A stretch of DNA of 64,000 nt. It comes from an uncultured Acidobacteriota bacterium. GTDB taxonomy: Bacteria; Acidobacteriota; Thermoanaerobaculia; Gp7-AA8. Below are positions 51,697 to 61,454 of this stretch, in pieces; position 1 is the first letter of the stretch, and the number at the start of each line of letters is the position of its first letter. The DNA lies in NCBI GenBank assembly GCA_963822445.1, contig CAWGHO010000002.1:2144001-2208000 (forward strand). Direction: 5' to 3'. Under the pieces are notes generated by a model. That model was not told the DNA's origin and ran no database searches. It saw nothing but the letters and a program-made list of their open reading frames with translations. Made by a program: the position numbers and the translations under genes.

Positions 51697-52644
51697 ATGG
51701 CCGACGAAGTTGAGAATCGTGCGCGGCTGCTTTTCGAGGCGGCAGAACGTGCCGGTTGGCAAAATGCTTCTGAAATTGTCGCGCGAATTCGAGGACTGCA
51801 GCGTGGCCTGCCAGCGGAAGATGAACTGGCCGTAATCCTTCATTGGCTAGGTCGATGCCGTATGATTCATAAGCTAGATCAAGCATCGCAGTACCCGCCC
51901 TCATCGAGGGCCGACTTCGTCGTACCCGACCTTCTCGCGGTGTTTGAGCACGAAGGTCGCACAGTTCCCGTGCTTATCGAGGTGAAACGAACCCAAAAGG
52001 ATCGCCTCAAGTGGCGGCAATCCTATCTTCAAGGTTTAAAGTCGTACTCGGATGCCGTCGGAATCCCACTGTTAGTCGCTTGGAAATTCGCAACTTTCTG
52101 GTGTTTATTCGATCCGGCACATTTTCGGCTGGCACAAACTAACCTTCACGCCAAGTTCCTCGAAGTAATGCCGCACTCCGTGATGAGCTCCCTAGCCGGT
52201 GACTTCTCATTCTCGCTACGGTCGGGCGTGGGATTCCACTTGCACATGCGCAAAGAGCAGAAAACTGACACTGGTTGGCATGTTCGGATCAAACGAGCGT
52301 ACGTGACAGACGGAGATGCACAGCAGTACGGCAAAGCGCCCGGCGTTCTTCAGTTGCTAGCTTGTTTTCCAACGGAGGCCGACCATAACGAGACACGACG
52401 TTATCTCAAACAAAGCTACATTGTTCCCGACCATAGTCTGGCTGAATTCGCCCATCGCTGCCTCGTCAAGTTGATCGCGGCGTTCGGCGGTCGCGAGAAA
52501 CCGAAAAGCTGGCGCGGCTATCTGCAAGGCGCGCATATCCCCGAAACAGCTTCGAACTTCTATGACACTGTCAATAACCTTGCACCCGCGTTCGTGCAAC
52601 GCATCTACCGAATAAGACCGAAAGTGAAACCTGCCTTCCTCTAA
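51697..52644 (+). CDS. PD-(D/E)xK nuclease family protein
   Basis: 'AEDE...VPDLLAVF...LIEVK'. Confidence 0.8.
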   Translation: MADEVENRARLLFEAAERAGWQNASEIVARIRGLQRGLPAEDELAVILHWLGRCRMIHKLDQASQYPPSSRADFVVPDLLAVFEHEGRTVPVLIEVKRTQKDRLKWRQSYLQGLKSYSDAVGIPLLVAWKFATFWCLFDPAHFRLAQTNLHAKFLEVMPHSVMSSLAGDFSFSLRSGVGFHLHMRKEQKTDTGWHVRIKRAYVTDGDAQQYGKAPGVLQLLACFPTEADHNETRRYLKQSYIVPDHSLAEFAHRCLVKLIAAFGGREKPKSWRGYLQGAHIPETASNFYDTVNNLAPAFVQRIYRIRPKVKPAFL

Positions 52645-52650
52645 CCGGCG

Positions 52651-52850
52651 GGCTAACTACTGCCAGGAGCTGTCGGCGGGCCGTTTGCCGCGCCCGGCGC
52701 TGAAGCGCCTCGTGAAGCGTTGATTGGCCGGCGGCACGCCGGCCGACATGCTCTCGCGCCGCTGATCGCGGCGCGGCTTGCTGCAGCCGTCGCGCCGCGC
52801 ACCCGCTCGCACGTGGGGCCTCGCCGCAGCTCAGGCGATAGACGTTAGCC
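52651..52850 (+). repeat. attC site 49
   Basis: GGCTAAC...GTTAGCC. Confidence 0.9.
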
Positions 52851-53059
52851 GGATTGGCGAAGCAGCTCGCCGAGTCGCCGCTTTCTATGATTACCCACTA
52901 GCAACATCCGCACTAGCCGACGGAGCACTCCTCGCTCTTACCGCAGGAACGTCCGGGCTGGCTCGAGCCTAGGCTGAAGCGGAAGTGCCTCATCGGCAGT
53001 CACTTATCGGCTCTCGTGGCATCCGTAACGCATCCGACGTAGAATCCAGAGCGAACTGT

Positions 53060-53287
53060 ATGAACTGGCAGCCCCACATCACCGTCGATCCCAACGTATG
53101 CCATGGTCAGGCCTGCGTCGCCGGAACGCGGGTCCTCGTATCCGTTGTACTCGACAACCTCGCTGCCGGAGTTCCGGAGCCGGAGATCGTTGCAAGCTAC
53201 CCGCGGTTGACCCCCGAGGCTATTCAAGCATGCCTCGCATACGCCGCGGACTTGGCGCGTGAAGAAGTCGTTGGCTTGCCCGCGTGA
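53060..53287 (+). CDS. DUF433 family antitoxin
   Basis: 'ITVDPNVCHGQACVAGTRVLVSVVLDNLAAG'. Confidence 0.92.
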   Translation: MNWQPHITVDPNVCHGQACVAGTRVLVSVVLDNLAAGVPEPEIVASYPRLTPEAIQACLAYAADLAREEVVGLPA

Positions 53288-53640
53288 AGTTCAAGGTAGA
53301 CGAGAATCTGCCCGATGAACTGAGTCAGCTTCTTCTCGACGCAGGGTGGGATTCACTCACCGTTGTCGAGCAACAACTTGGCGGCGCGCAGGATCCTCAA
53401 CTTGCTCAGGTGTGTCGTGACGAAGTGCGGGTCTTCGTCACCTTTGATCGCGGCTTCGCGAATATCCGTGCCTATCCGCCCTCTCAAAGCCCAGGCATGA
53501 TTGTCTTTCGCCTCAAGAGTCAAGACAAGCCTCACGTCCTCGAAACCGCAGAGCGTCTTGTCGTGGCTCTTTTACAGCGCGAAGTTCGCAACGAGTTGTG
53601 GATAGTTAGTGAGAACCGCATCCGCATACGGTCGCTATGA
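53284..53640 (+). CDS. DUF5615 PIN-like toxin
   Basis: 'MKFKVDENLP...VTFDRGFANIRAYPP'. Confidence 0.92.
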   Translation: MKFKVDENLPDELSQLLLDAGWDSLTVVEQQLGGAQDPQLAQVCRDEVRVFVTFDRGFANIRAYPPSQSPGMIVFRLKSQDKPHVLETAERLVVALLQREVRNELWIVSENRIRIRSL

Positions 53641-53661
53641 GCCAGGCTTTTTCGGCGAACC

Positions 53662-53850
53662 GGCTAACTACTGCCAGAAGCTGGCGGCGGGCCGTTCGCC
53701 GCGCCCGGCGGCCGAGCCGCCTATCGGGTCCCGAGATGCGCGGCGTCACGCCGCTTGCAGCCGCGTCAACGTGAAATGCGGCAAGCGGCGTGCCGCGACT
53801 GCCCGCTCGCACGTGGGGCCTCGCCGCAGCTTAGGCGATAGACGTTAGGC
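53662..53850 (+). repeat. attC site 50
   Basis: GGCTAAC...GTTAGGC. Confidence 0.9.
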
Positions 53851-53924
53851 CGATGAGATGAGACTCGCTACTTCACGGTACCTTCGCCGCGGTCCGCTGT
53901 CGATCGTGTAAACTCTCCACAACG

Positions 53925-54635
53925 ATGAAAGTGTTCATTAGCCATGCAGCTGCCGATCGTGAAATTGCAGAGCGGATTGCCGCGGTGCTCGGCAGAGATG
54001 GTATGGAGGTGTTCACCTACTGGCATGACGTTGCCGCCGGCGAGGCGATTCGCGCACGCGTCTTCGAAGCCATCAATTCAAGTGACGCCGTTATTGTTCT
54101 TGTGTCAAGTTCCAGCGAACGAAGCATTGCGGTGTCAGAAGAGACGTCGGTTGCTCTGTATTCAGACCGCCACCTGCCAGTAAAAGTGATCCCCGTTATC
54201 GTGGAGGCAGGCATTCAGGTGCCGGTCATGCTTCGCGACATTCGAGGAGTAGATTTGAGCTCGCCTGATCGCTGGCAACGGGGTATCGATGACCTCCTAG
54301 CTGCGCTTCACATACCTTCGCGTGAGTCGTATCGCGATGAGTGGGACTATATCCGTGCGTCAAGGGATGCCCTTGAGGTTGAGAAGTTGGAATATGAATT
54401 CGCTCGGCGGAAGCACGGGCTGGAAGCGATCGTTGGGGTAATGTCGCGGGCAACAACGGCAGGTGGCCTGCTTGTAGCTGGCGTCGCCATCTGGTTGTCT
54501 AGCGAACTATCGCTTGTTGCATTCTCTCGGGCAGCGCCCGATATTGTTAAGATTTTCTTGACTCTCTTGGGTCCCGTCGCGGCGTTCGCATTCGGTTACT
54601 ACTTTGGCACGCGCTCTAAGGCGGATAGGCCATGA
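53925..54635 (+). CDS. TIR domain + 2-TM protein
   Basis: 'MKVFISHAAAD...VSEE'; C-terminal TMs ending 'GYYFG'. Confidence 0.85.
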   Translation: MKVFISHAAADREIAERIAAVLGRDGMEVFTYWHDVAAGEAIRARVFEAINSSDAVIVLVSSSSERSIAVSEETSVALYSDRHLPVKVIPVIVEAGIQVPVMLRDIRGVDLSSPDRWQRGIDDLLAALHIPSRESYRDEWDYIRASRDALEVEKLEYEFARRKHGLEAIVGVMSRATTAGGLLVAGVAIWLSSELSLVAFSRAAPDIVKIFLTLLGPVAAFAFGYYFGTRSKADRP

Positions 54636-55018
54636 AAGAGGAGGACGTTACACCGCTGGTCGTCGCGCGTGCTGGCGAGATGCTGCGGCAAGAGCGCGAG
54701 ACCTTCGATCAGAGGAAGCAGCATGAAGACCGGTGGTTCCGTTTACGGCTTACGATGGGATATTCGTCTATCGCGTTGCTTGCCGGTATCATGTGCCTTT
54801 GTATGTATATTATTTTCAACGCGGCGAAGTTTCCGGCCACGGTAATTACATCGGCCGGCGCGGCGCTATTCGTAGACGTTCTAGGCTTGTTGCTCGGAGT
54901 GTGGAAAATTGCCCTTAATCCGAACTTCATGGCCACGTTGACACCGGTCACACGAGTGAGCGTTCCAGCTCCCGAAAACGAGTCAGAGAGCAAGCCTCCT
55001 CCAGAGATCACGGCCTAA
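54632..55018 (+). CDS. 2-TM membrane protein coupled to the TIR gene
   Basis: ATGA overlap; two TM helices; stop in R''. Confidence 0.75.
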   Translation: MKEEDVTPLVVARAGEMLRQERETFDQRKQHEDRWFRLRLTMGYSSIALLAGIMCLCMYIIFNAAKFPATVITSAGAALFVDVLGLLLGVWKIALNPNFMATLTPVTRVSVPAPENESESKPPPEITA

Positions 55019-55202
55019 CTCTTGTGTGAAGCCGGCGCCGGGCCGTTTGCCGGGCCCGGCGGCCGAGCCGCCTACCGCGTCCCGAGACGCATGGCGTCAC
55101 GCCGCCCGCAACCGCGTCAAGCGACAATCGGCGGCAGGCGGCGTGCCGCTCTGCCCGCACGCGCGCGGGGCCTCGGCGCGGCTTACACAAAGAACGTTAG
55201 GC
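55013..55202 (+). repeat. attC site 51
   Basis: GCCTAAC-TCTTGTGTGAAGCCG...CGGCTTACACAA..GTTAGGC. Confidence 0.9.
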
Positions 55203-55274
55203 CGTCCTGGCCACAGCGCTTCGCGTCCTTGTCACCTTCTCGTCGAATTTCGCGTCTATCAATCTGTTCGCCTT

Positions 55275-55602
55275 CCCCCTCGCAGCTGACAGCATCCCGA
55301 GGTTGCGGGCCGCGACCAGCAAAACGCGCTTCCCGCATGCCCAAATGTGCCGTCGGTCCCTTCTCGCACACCGCCCGCGGTAGACCGACGGCACACTTGG
55401 CCATCACACCCGCCCGGCGCACGCTCATCGCGGCCCTGACAGCACGCACCGCCGCCCTCGCGCGCCGAACTCACGAATGCATCCGTGTCACGGCGGTTGC
55501 GGTCTCTCCAATGACTTACTCCTCGGTCGCGGGCAACCGCCGCGCCACGGGCCAGAGCGTAAATTCGGCGCGCTCACACCCCGCTTGCGCTGCTCCCATC
55601 CC
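55275..55602. repeat. Structured cassette-leader element, copy 6
   Basis: 22-bp stem with two mismatches. Confidence 0.8.
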
Positions 55603-55823
55603 GACGGATAGTTGCGTCAACCAACTTTAGCGAGCGGCGGCGACACACTTTCGCAAGAAAGGTGTCAAATCGATATCGACCATACCTACCGACGCCGGTA
55701 GCCGACCCATGCTGGCGGCCGTCTACGTCGCTATGTCCGAGCGTTTGGGCGGATGGTTCGTTGTACGCTGTCGTTTGGCCGTTGGCCGGGCTTGTAACAT
55801 TTGATTTCAGGAGGCAGACGTAT

Positions 55824-56342
55824 ATGGCACTCAGGACCTGCGCCGACTGCGGCGCTCAGGTTTCGACTGCAGCCAGCGCGTGCCCATCGTGCGGTCGTCC
55901 AGTCACCAAGCCACTTCTGCAGCGAAACGTCGGTTGCGGCGGCTGCCTCGTTCTGCTTGTTCTACTCTTCATCATCGGATCACTTGTCTCACCCGACAAA
56001 GGCGAGCCACGGCCGCCCAAGCCGTCATCAACACCCGCTGAAACAAGGCAACTCGGAAGCGGCAATCGGCAAGTACATCTTCGTCGACTCGTGAACGATC
56101 TGTCGCCGCTGTTGTTGAGGTATGAAGAGACTGGTCCCGCCTCCGTAAACCTGTATATCGATCATGAAGGTTGGAATGGGATGAGCCGCGATCAGCAACA
56201 ACAACTAATGGATACGCTGGCATCAAAGCAGATTGTTCGGGACATCGGCGCCACGCTACATCTATACGTTCTTCAAACCGAAGTCGGAACGATTGGTCCC
56301 GGCTGGAGTGGTGAGTGGAAGTTCCGTCGCACGAACGGGTGA
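55824..56342 (+). CDS. Zinc-ribbon + TM protein
   Basis: AGGAGG RBS; 'MALRTCADCG.QVS..A.ACPSCG.P'. Confidence 0.85.
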   Translation: MALRTCADCGAQVSTAASACPSCGRPVTKPLLQRNVGCGGCLVLLVLLFIIGSLVSPDKGEPRPPKPSSTPAETRQLGSGNRQVHLRRLVNDLSPLLLRYEETGPASVNLYIDHEGWNGMSRDQQQQLMDTLASKQIVRDIGATLHLYVLQTEVGTIGPGWSGEWKFRRTNG

Positions 56343-56398
56343 CGAGTTCAGCCAACGCAGCTCGTTTCGGCGGCGACACAACGGTTCCGCGACGAGCG

Positions 56399-56597
56399 GC
56401 CTAACTACTGCCAGGAGCTGTCGGCGGGCTGGCTCCGTGGCTCGTCGGCCGAGCCGACTCGGCCGACTCCAACCTGCGCGGCGTCACGCCCGTTGCAGTT
56501 CGCTCCTGCCGTCAAAGGCGTTGGTCGCGGCAACGGCCGCGCCGCTCTGCTGATTGCGCCGGTGAACCCGCCGCAGCTCAGGCGACAGACGTTAGGC
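56399..56597 (+). repeat. attC site 52
   Basis: GCCTAAC...GTTAGGC. Confidence 0.9.
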
Positions 56598-56762
56598 CGA
56601 CGAACGGAAGACGAAAGTTTGAAACGTTTCGTCGTGATTCTTCACTACCTCTATGCAGGTCGCCAGACGACATGCTGAACGCCCGCGCTGCGGGGTCTTT
56701 ACGTTCGTTCCGCGAGCCGAGCACGAGCGCGGCCACCGTCGACTTACAATGAGGAGGACGCC

Positions 56763-57539
56763 ATGCTGAGAATCGCCGTCGTGTTTAGTTCAACTTTGTG
56801 CATCGTTTCAATCGCACTGCAAGCACAAGAACGACCGTCGCCACCGCGAACACCCAATCAGGTAGTGCCAATCGTAGGCCACGTATCCGGCAGTGGAGGC
56901 AGTGAGTTCAGGAGCGACTTGAAGATCTATAACCCGTCGTCGACGCCGCTGACTCTGACATTAATCTACACACCACGGAACCAATCCGCATCCACTGCCG
57001 ACGCGTCGGAGGTGCTTTCAATTGCTCCGTTCGAAGTGGTCTTTCTCGAGGACGTATACGATTTCGCATTCCCAGGACAAAGCGGTGCTGCGAGGCTTGC
57101 CCTTGTTCTAGCCGATCCGTACGGGCCGGCGCTTGTGACGGACACCTCAACCTATACTCTCGTTGGCCAGAAGGGCGAGCTTGGGCAGAGCCCGACGATA
57201 TTCACAGAGGCCCAGTACTTCGGCACAGGTGTTAAGCTGATCGGACTCCTTGGTAAGGCCACTGAACGCACGAATCTGTTCGTGATGACCGGTCAATCGG
57301 GTGTCACCATACGGTGGCGGTATAGGACTAGCTATGGCGACCCGATACAGCTGGTTGTTCGTACCTATTCACCTAACGCAACGTTTCAGTTCGGTGCTAC
57401 CGATCTTCTTGGGTTTCCGCCCGAGGCAAACGCCTCTCTTGAGGCGACGATCGAATCGGGAAGTGCACGGATTGCACTGAGTCCCGTCAACAACATGACG
57501 AATCAAGGCCGCTGGGCCGACTTTAAGGTCGTGCCGTAG
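56763..57539 (+). CDS. Secreted beta-rich hypothetical protein
   Basis: GAGGAGG RBS; signal peptide; 'VPIVGHVSGSGGSEFRSDLKIYNP'. Confidence 0.8.
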   Translation: MLRIAVVFSSTLCIVSIALQAQERPSPPRTPNQVVPIVGHVSGSGGSEFRSDLKIYNPSSTPLTLTLIYTPRNQSASTADASEVLSIAPFEVVFLEDVYDFAFPGQSGAARLALVLADPYGPALVTDTSTYTLVGQKGELGQSPTIFTEAQYFGTGVKLIGLLGKATERTNLFVMTGQSGVTIRWRYRTSYGDPIQLVVRTYSPNATFQFGATDLLGFPPEANASLEATIESGSARIALSPVNNMTNQGRWADFKVVP

Positions 57540-57558
57540 GTAAACAGCGGTGGCCGCG

Positions 57559-57748
57559 GCCTAACTACTGCCAGAAGCTGGCAGCGGGCCGTTTGCCGCG
57601 CCCGGCGGCCGAGCCGCCTACCGGGTCCCAAGGTGCACAGCGTCACGCCGCTTGCAGATCTCGTCGTTCGTGAATCGCGGCAAGCGGCGTGCCGCTCTGC
57701 CCGCACGCGCGGGGCGCCTCGCTGCAGCTTAGGCGATAGACGTTAGGC
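57559..57748 (+). repeat. attC site 53
   Basis: GCCTAAC...GTTAGGC. Confidence 0.9.
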
Positions 57749-57820
57749 GGTCGTCTGCACGAACGCTCCGCGTCCATGTAGATTTTTACTACGAGGACTC
57801 GTCCTTCAATCGGCACGCTT

Positions 57821-58152
57821 CCTCCGCGCAGCTGAATCCATCGCCAGGTTGCGGGGCCGCGACCAGCCTGCCCGCACGCGCAGTTGTGCTCCATTCGGCC
57901 CCTTCACACCCGCCCGCCACCCGCGGTAGGCCGAATGGAGCACAACTGCGCTTCACACCCACCCGGCGCATGCTCGTCGCAGCCCTGACGGAGCGCACCA
58001 CCCGCCCGCACGCGACGAACTCCTGAGTGCATCGGTGTCACCGCGGTTGCAGGTCCGCTCCCGCCGACCTGTCGGTGGTCGCGGCAACCGCGGCGCCACC
58101 GATGCGCTCAGGAATTCGCCGCGCTTACAGCCGGCGACCGCTGCTCCCGCCC
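57821..58152. repeat. Structured cassette-leader element, copy 7 (duplicate of copy 3 with a 9-bp deletion)
   Basis: Near-identical to 19920-20260. Confidence 0.85.
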
Positions 58153-58334
58153 GTGTCTTTTGGGGCGGCGCTTACATGCGAATCCCATTTTCGGCCGCTG
58201 TCGCTAGGCGGACGAAGGAACATCCGGTCACAGCGCTTCTACCAGATATCGAACATGCAGCTCAGCGCGGTGTAGACTTACCGACGTGCGTACCGTCAAG
58301 ATCGAGACATTACGCGCAAGGCGGAGAACATAGC

Positions 58335-59282
58335 GTGTCTCCAAAACTATCATTCTTCATCAGTTACGCACACGCCGACCGATCACTTGCGGTAGCTATT
58401 GCCGATGAACTTGAGCGTGCTGGTATGCGCGTGTGGGTCGATGAAGGCGAGTTGCGCGCTGGGGATTCGATCGTAGAGCGCATCGCCGATGCTGTCGACC
58501 AGGTAGACTTTGTCGTAGCGCTCGTCACGCGACGCGCTGTAGCCTCGAATTGGTGCAAGAAGGAATTGGCGCTCGCGATACAGGGAGGCTTGCGCGAGGG
58601 CAGCGTCCGATTGTTGCCATTGCGGGTTGACGACGTTGAGATGCCTCCGTCGTTACGTGATCTTTTCCACCTTCATGTCGATTCTCGGAACCCTATGCCC
58701 GTCGTACGTAAGCTCGTCGCCGACGCGTGGTCGCATTTTCGTGAACAGCAGTTGGATTCATGCTTTCTCGGCAGAGTTGTGTCAGTTTTACAACCGACAA
58801 CAACTCTCAGCGCCGAGCGACAGCAAGCACTAAAGCTTGCTCTGCGTAGCAATGACGACGACTACAACTCGGCCGCGCGCGCTGAAAAATTGCTAGCGAA
58901 GGATCTAAGTGTGCCAGCCGCTGAAATTCTTTACGAAGATGCATTGGATGACGCATTAACCGATCGTAACGCTGGCTTCGGCGTATCGGGGCTCGCAAGG
59001 CTTGGTCCGCTGGCCGCGCCGTGGCTGTATCAAATGCTGAGCCATGACGATGATCGTGTCGTCCGTGACGCTTTTGACGCTCTCGCGCATACACGTTCGA
59101 TAATTTTCTCCGATATGCGGGAATACCTGCTGGATACCATCGATGCTATTGTTAAACACGCGGATTGGTCCGCCTGCGCAAAGAGATTGAAAGAGTCGTG
59201 CAGTGACGAAGATAGAACGGACAGGCTAGCGTTCATGCTGGGCTACGCAAGCGACTACCGCAGGAACTTTGCCAAAGGCTAA
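58335..59282 (+). CDS. TIR domain protein, duplicate of 20443-21390
   Basis: Identical translation in the ORF track. Confidence 0.88.
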   Translation: MSPKLSFFISYAHADRSLAVAIADELERAGMRVWVDEGELRAGDSIVERIADAVDQVDFVVALVTRRAVASNWCKKELALAIQGGLREGSVRLLPLRVDDVEMPPSLRDLFHLHVDSRNPMPVVRKLVADAWSHFREQQLDSCFLGRVVSVLQPTTTLSAERQQALKLALRSNDDDYNSAARAEKLLAKDLSVPAAEILYEDALDDALTDRNAGFGVSGLARLGPLAAPWLYQMLSHDDDRVVRDAFDALAHTRSIIFSDMREYLLDTIDAIVKHADWSACAKRLKESCSDEDRTDRLAFMLGYASDYRRNFAKG

Positions 59283-59353
59283 TGGTTGTCGTGTCGCTGC
59301 GTCACAGCCAGAGACCAAGGGTGCAGGGTTACGCAACCGCCGGGACTCGCCGC

Positions 59354-60289
59354 CTAACTGTTGCGTCTCAGGACGTTGTTCCGATCCAGGCGACTGATGG
59401 GTGGATTGTAAGAGAGCGCGGTATGCGCTCGGTGGTAGTTGTAGAAGTGAAGGTACGGTGCGAGCCAACGGCGCCGTTCCTCGGAGCTGTGGTACGAGAA
59501 CCGATAGGCCCATTCGCGCAGCAGCGTCTGGATGAACCGCTCCGCTTTACCGTTCGTCCGTGGTGTGTACGGCCGGATGCGGACGTGAGTGAGGTTCAGG
59601 CGGCTGCAGGTATCCCGGAAGTCGCGTGAGATGAAGGCCGATCCGTTGTCGGTCATCACCCGCTCGACGATGACATTCCGCTGAGCGAACCACGCCACCG
59701 CCCGAGTCAAAAACGAGCTGGCAGTCTCGCTACGCTCATCTGCCAGGACGTCGACGTAGGAGAGTCGGGTGAAGTCATCCGTCGCGACGTACACGAACTC
59801 GAAGCCCTGCTTCTTTGAGCCAAACGATCGACGCCTGGTGATGCGGTGTCCCACTCGATTGAACCGTCCCAGGCGCTTGATGTCGATGTGCACCAGTTCC
59901 CCCGGACGCTCCTTCTCGTACCGAATTGGCACTGTTGCCGGCTCAAGCTGACGCAACCGAGCCAGCCCTGCTGACCGGCAGATCCGCGCTGCTGTCGACG
60001 CACTCACGCCCACTGCCTGCGCGATCTGTCGCACAGTCCGCCATTCGCGGCGAAGACTCAGAACACGCTGTCGTTTTATGTCGCTCGTGGCCCGGCCCCT
60101 GTGCGGTCTGGAGCTCCGATCGTTAAGCGGCTCGACCCTCAGACCACGACGGATCCACTCCCGCCCTCGCCGGTCACTCATACCGGCGGCCTCCGACGCC
60201 TCGCGCACCGACCATCCTTGTTCGCAGACTCGTTTGACCAGCAGTGCTCGACTCAACGGGCAGCTTCGCGCATTCTTGTGCACGTCCAT
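59354..60289 (-). CDS. IS481 family transposase
   Basis: 'PGELVHIDIKRLG...DDFTR...TDNG...PRTNGKAERFIQT' DDE motif. Confidence 0.95.
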   Translation of the reverse strand: MDVHKNARSCPLSRALLVKRVCEQGWSVREASEAAGMSDRRGREWIRRGLRVEPLNDRSSRPHRGRATSDIKRQRVLSLRREWRTVRQIAQAVGVSASTAARICRSAGLARLRQLEPATVPIRYEKERPGELVHIDIKRLGRFNRVGHRITRRRSFGSKKQGFEFVYVATDDFTRLSYVDVLADERSETASSFLTRAVAWFAQRNVIVERVMTDNGSAFISRDFRDTCSRLNLTHVRIRPYTPRTNGKAERFIQTLLREWAYRFSYHSSEERRRWLAPYLHFYNYHRAHTALSYNPPISRLDRNNVLRRNS

Positions 60290-60392
60290 CTGGGTTCCTT
60301 CCTGTCAACCTGTTCGTTTGAGAGCTTTCAGATTGACGAAAGTCGCCCGGATGGACAACCCGCTTCAAGGAACAACGTCCTGACACATCACA
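59359..60392 (-). mobile_element. IS481-family insertion sequence inserted in an attC R'' box
   Basis: TGT...ACA ends, imperfect 24-bp terminal IRs (..TCAGGACGTTGTTCC), 6-bp TSD CCTAAC at 59353-59358 and 60393-60398; empty site at 21460. Confidence 0.95.
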
Positions 60393-60587
60393 CCTAACTA
60401 CTGCCCGAAGCTGTCACGGCCCGGCTTCGGTCCGGCGGCCGAGCCGCCTACTTCAGCGCCAGCTTCACGGCGTCACGCCGGTTGCAGATCGGCAGGCGTT
60501 GCATCAACTTCTCGCCGGCAACCGCCGTGCCGCTGGGGCTTCGGCACGTGGGCCCTGGCCGTGCAGCTTAGGCGATGGACGTTAGGC
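60392..60587 (+). repeat. attC site 54 (regenerated after IS481 insertion)
   Basis: ACCTAAC...GTTAGGC; body matches attC 19. Confidence 0.88.
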
Positions 60588-60713
60588 CGACCCAAAGACC
60601 CAGACGGGCGCGCGTAACTCACCGTCCGACAGTCGCGAGCAACCTCGATCAAGTGTCTTGAGGGTAGGGGTTTAACCATCTCCAGACACTCCTAGGCGTA
60701 CTACGAGGGGCCA

Positions 60714-61454
60714 ATGCAAACAGCCATCACGGTAGCGCTCATATCTGCCGCCGTCGCTTTATCCTCGGCGGCGTTCGCGTTTTGGGGCCAGGTGAGGTTG
60801 AAGAGACTTTCGTCCGACATCGACGGTCTTCAGGAGCGCGAACGCGAGCGGCGCGACGCCGCGAAGGTGGCCCGCAAGTACCATGAGCCGCTTGCTCGGT
60901 CCGCCTACGATTTCCAAAGCCGCCTGTACAATCTGCTCGGCAAAGATTTTGCCGGTCGTTACCTTGACCGAGGTAACGAGCGCGAGCGCGACTATGCGGT
61001 CTACAACACGGTGTTCTTGATCGCGCAATACTTCGCGTGGACGGAGATCATTCGCATTGCTATTCAGTACGTTGATCTGGGCAGTGACGATCAGACTAGA
61101 CAGTTCGCGCGTCTTCAAGACAAGATCTTCGCGCTTTTCACGACGGACCGATTTCCCTCAGCGTTTCGCGTCTTTGCCGGCGAGCAGCGCGCCCTCGGAG
61201 AGTGGATGATTCGACAGACCGATTTAGGCCCCGAATGTGTCGGTTACGGCACGTTTGTCGAGCGGATGCGGTCAAACGAGGGCACCGACCCGATAGCGAG
61301 GTATCTTGCCGACGACGTGAAACAGTTCGCAAGTGATACGGCGGGTCGGCGGCTCGCGGAAATTCAGAACGCCCTGATCGATCTGCTGGATTTCTTAGAT
61401 CCTGCTTGCGTGCGCTTCGACAAAATGAATAGAACGAAGATCCCGGCGGCCTAA
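60714..61454 (+). CDS. Hypothetical protein with N-terminal TM
   Basis: GAGG RBS; 246 aa; stop in GCCTAAC. Confidence 0.8.
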   Translation: MQTAITVALISAAVALSSAAFAFWGQVRLKRLSSDIDGLQERERERRDAAKVARKYHEPLARSAYDFQSRLYNLLGKDFAGRYLDRGNERERDYAVYNTVFLIAQYFAWTEIIRIAIQYVDLGSDDQTRQFARLQDKIFALFTTDRFPSAFRVFAGEQRALGEWMIRQTDLGPECVGYGTFVERMRSNEGTDPIARYLADDVKQFASDTAGRRLAEIQNALIDLLDFLDPACVRFDKMNRTKIPAA

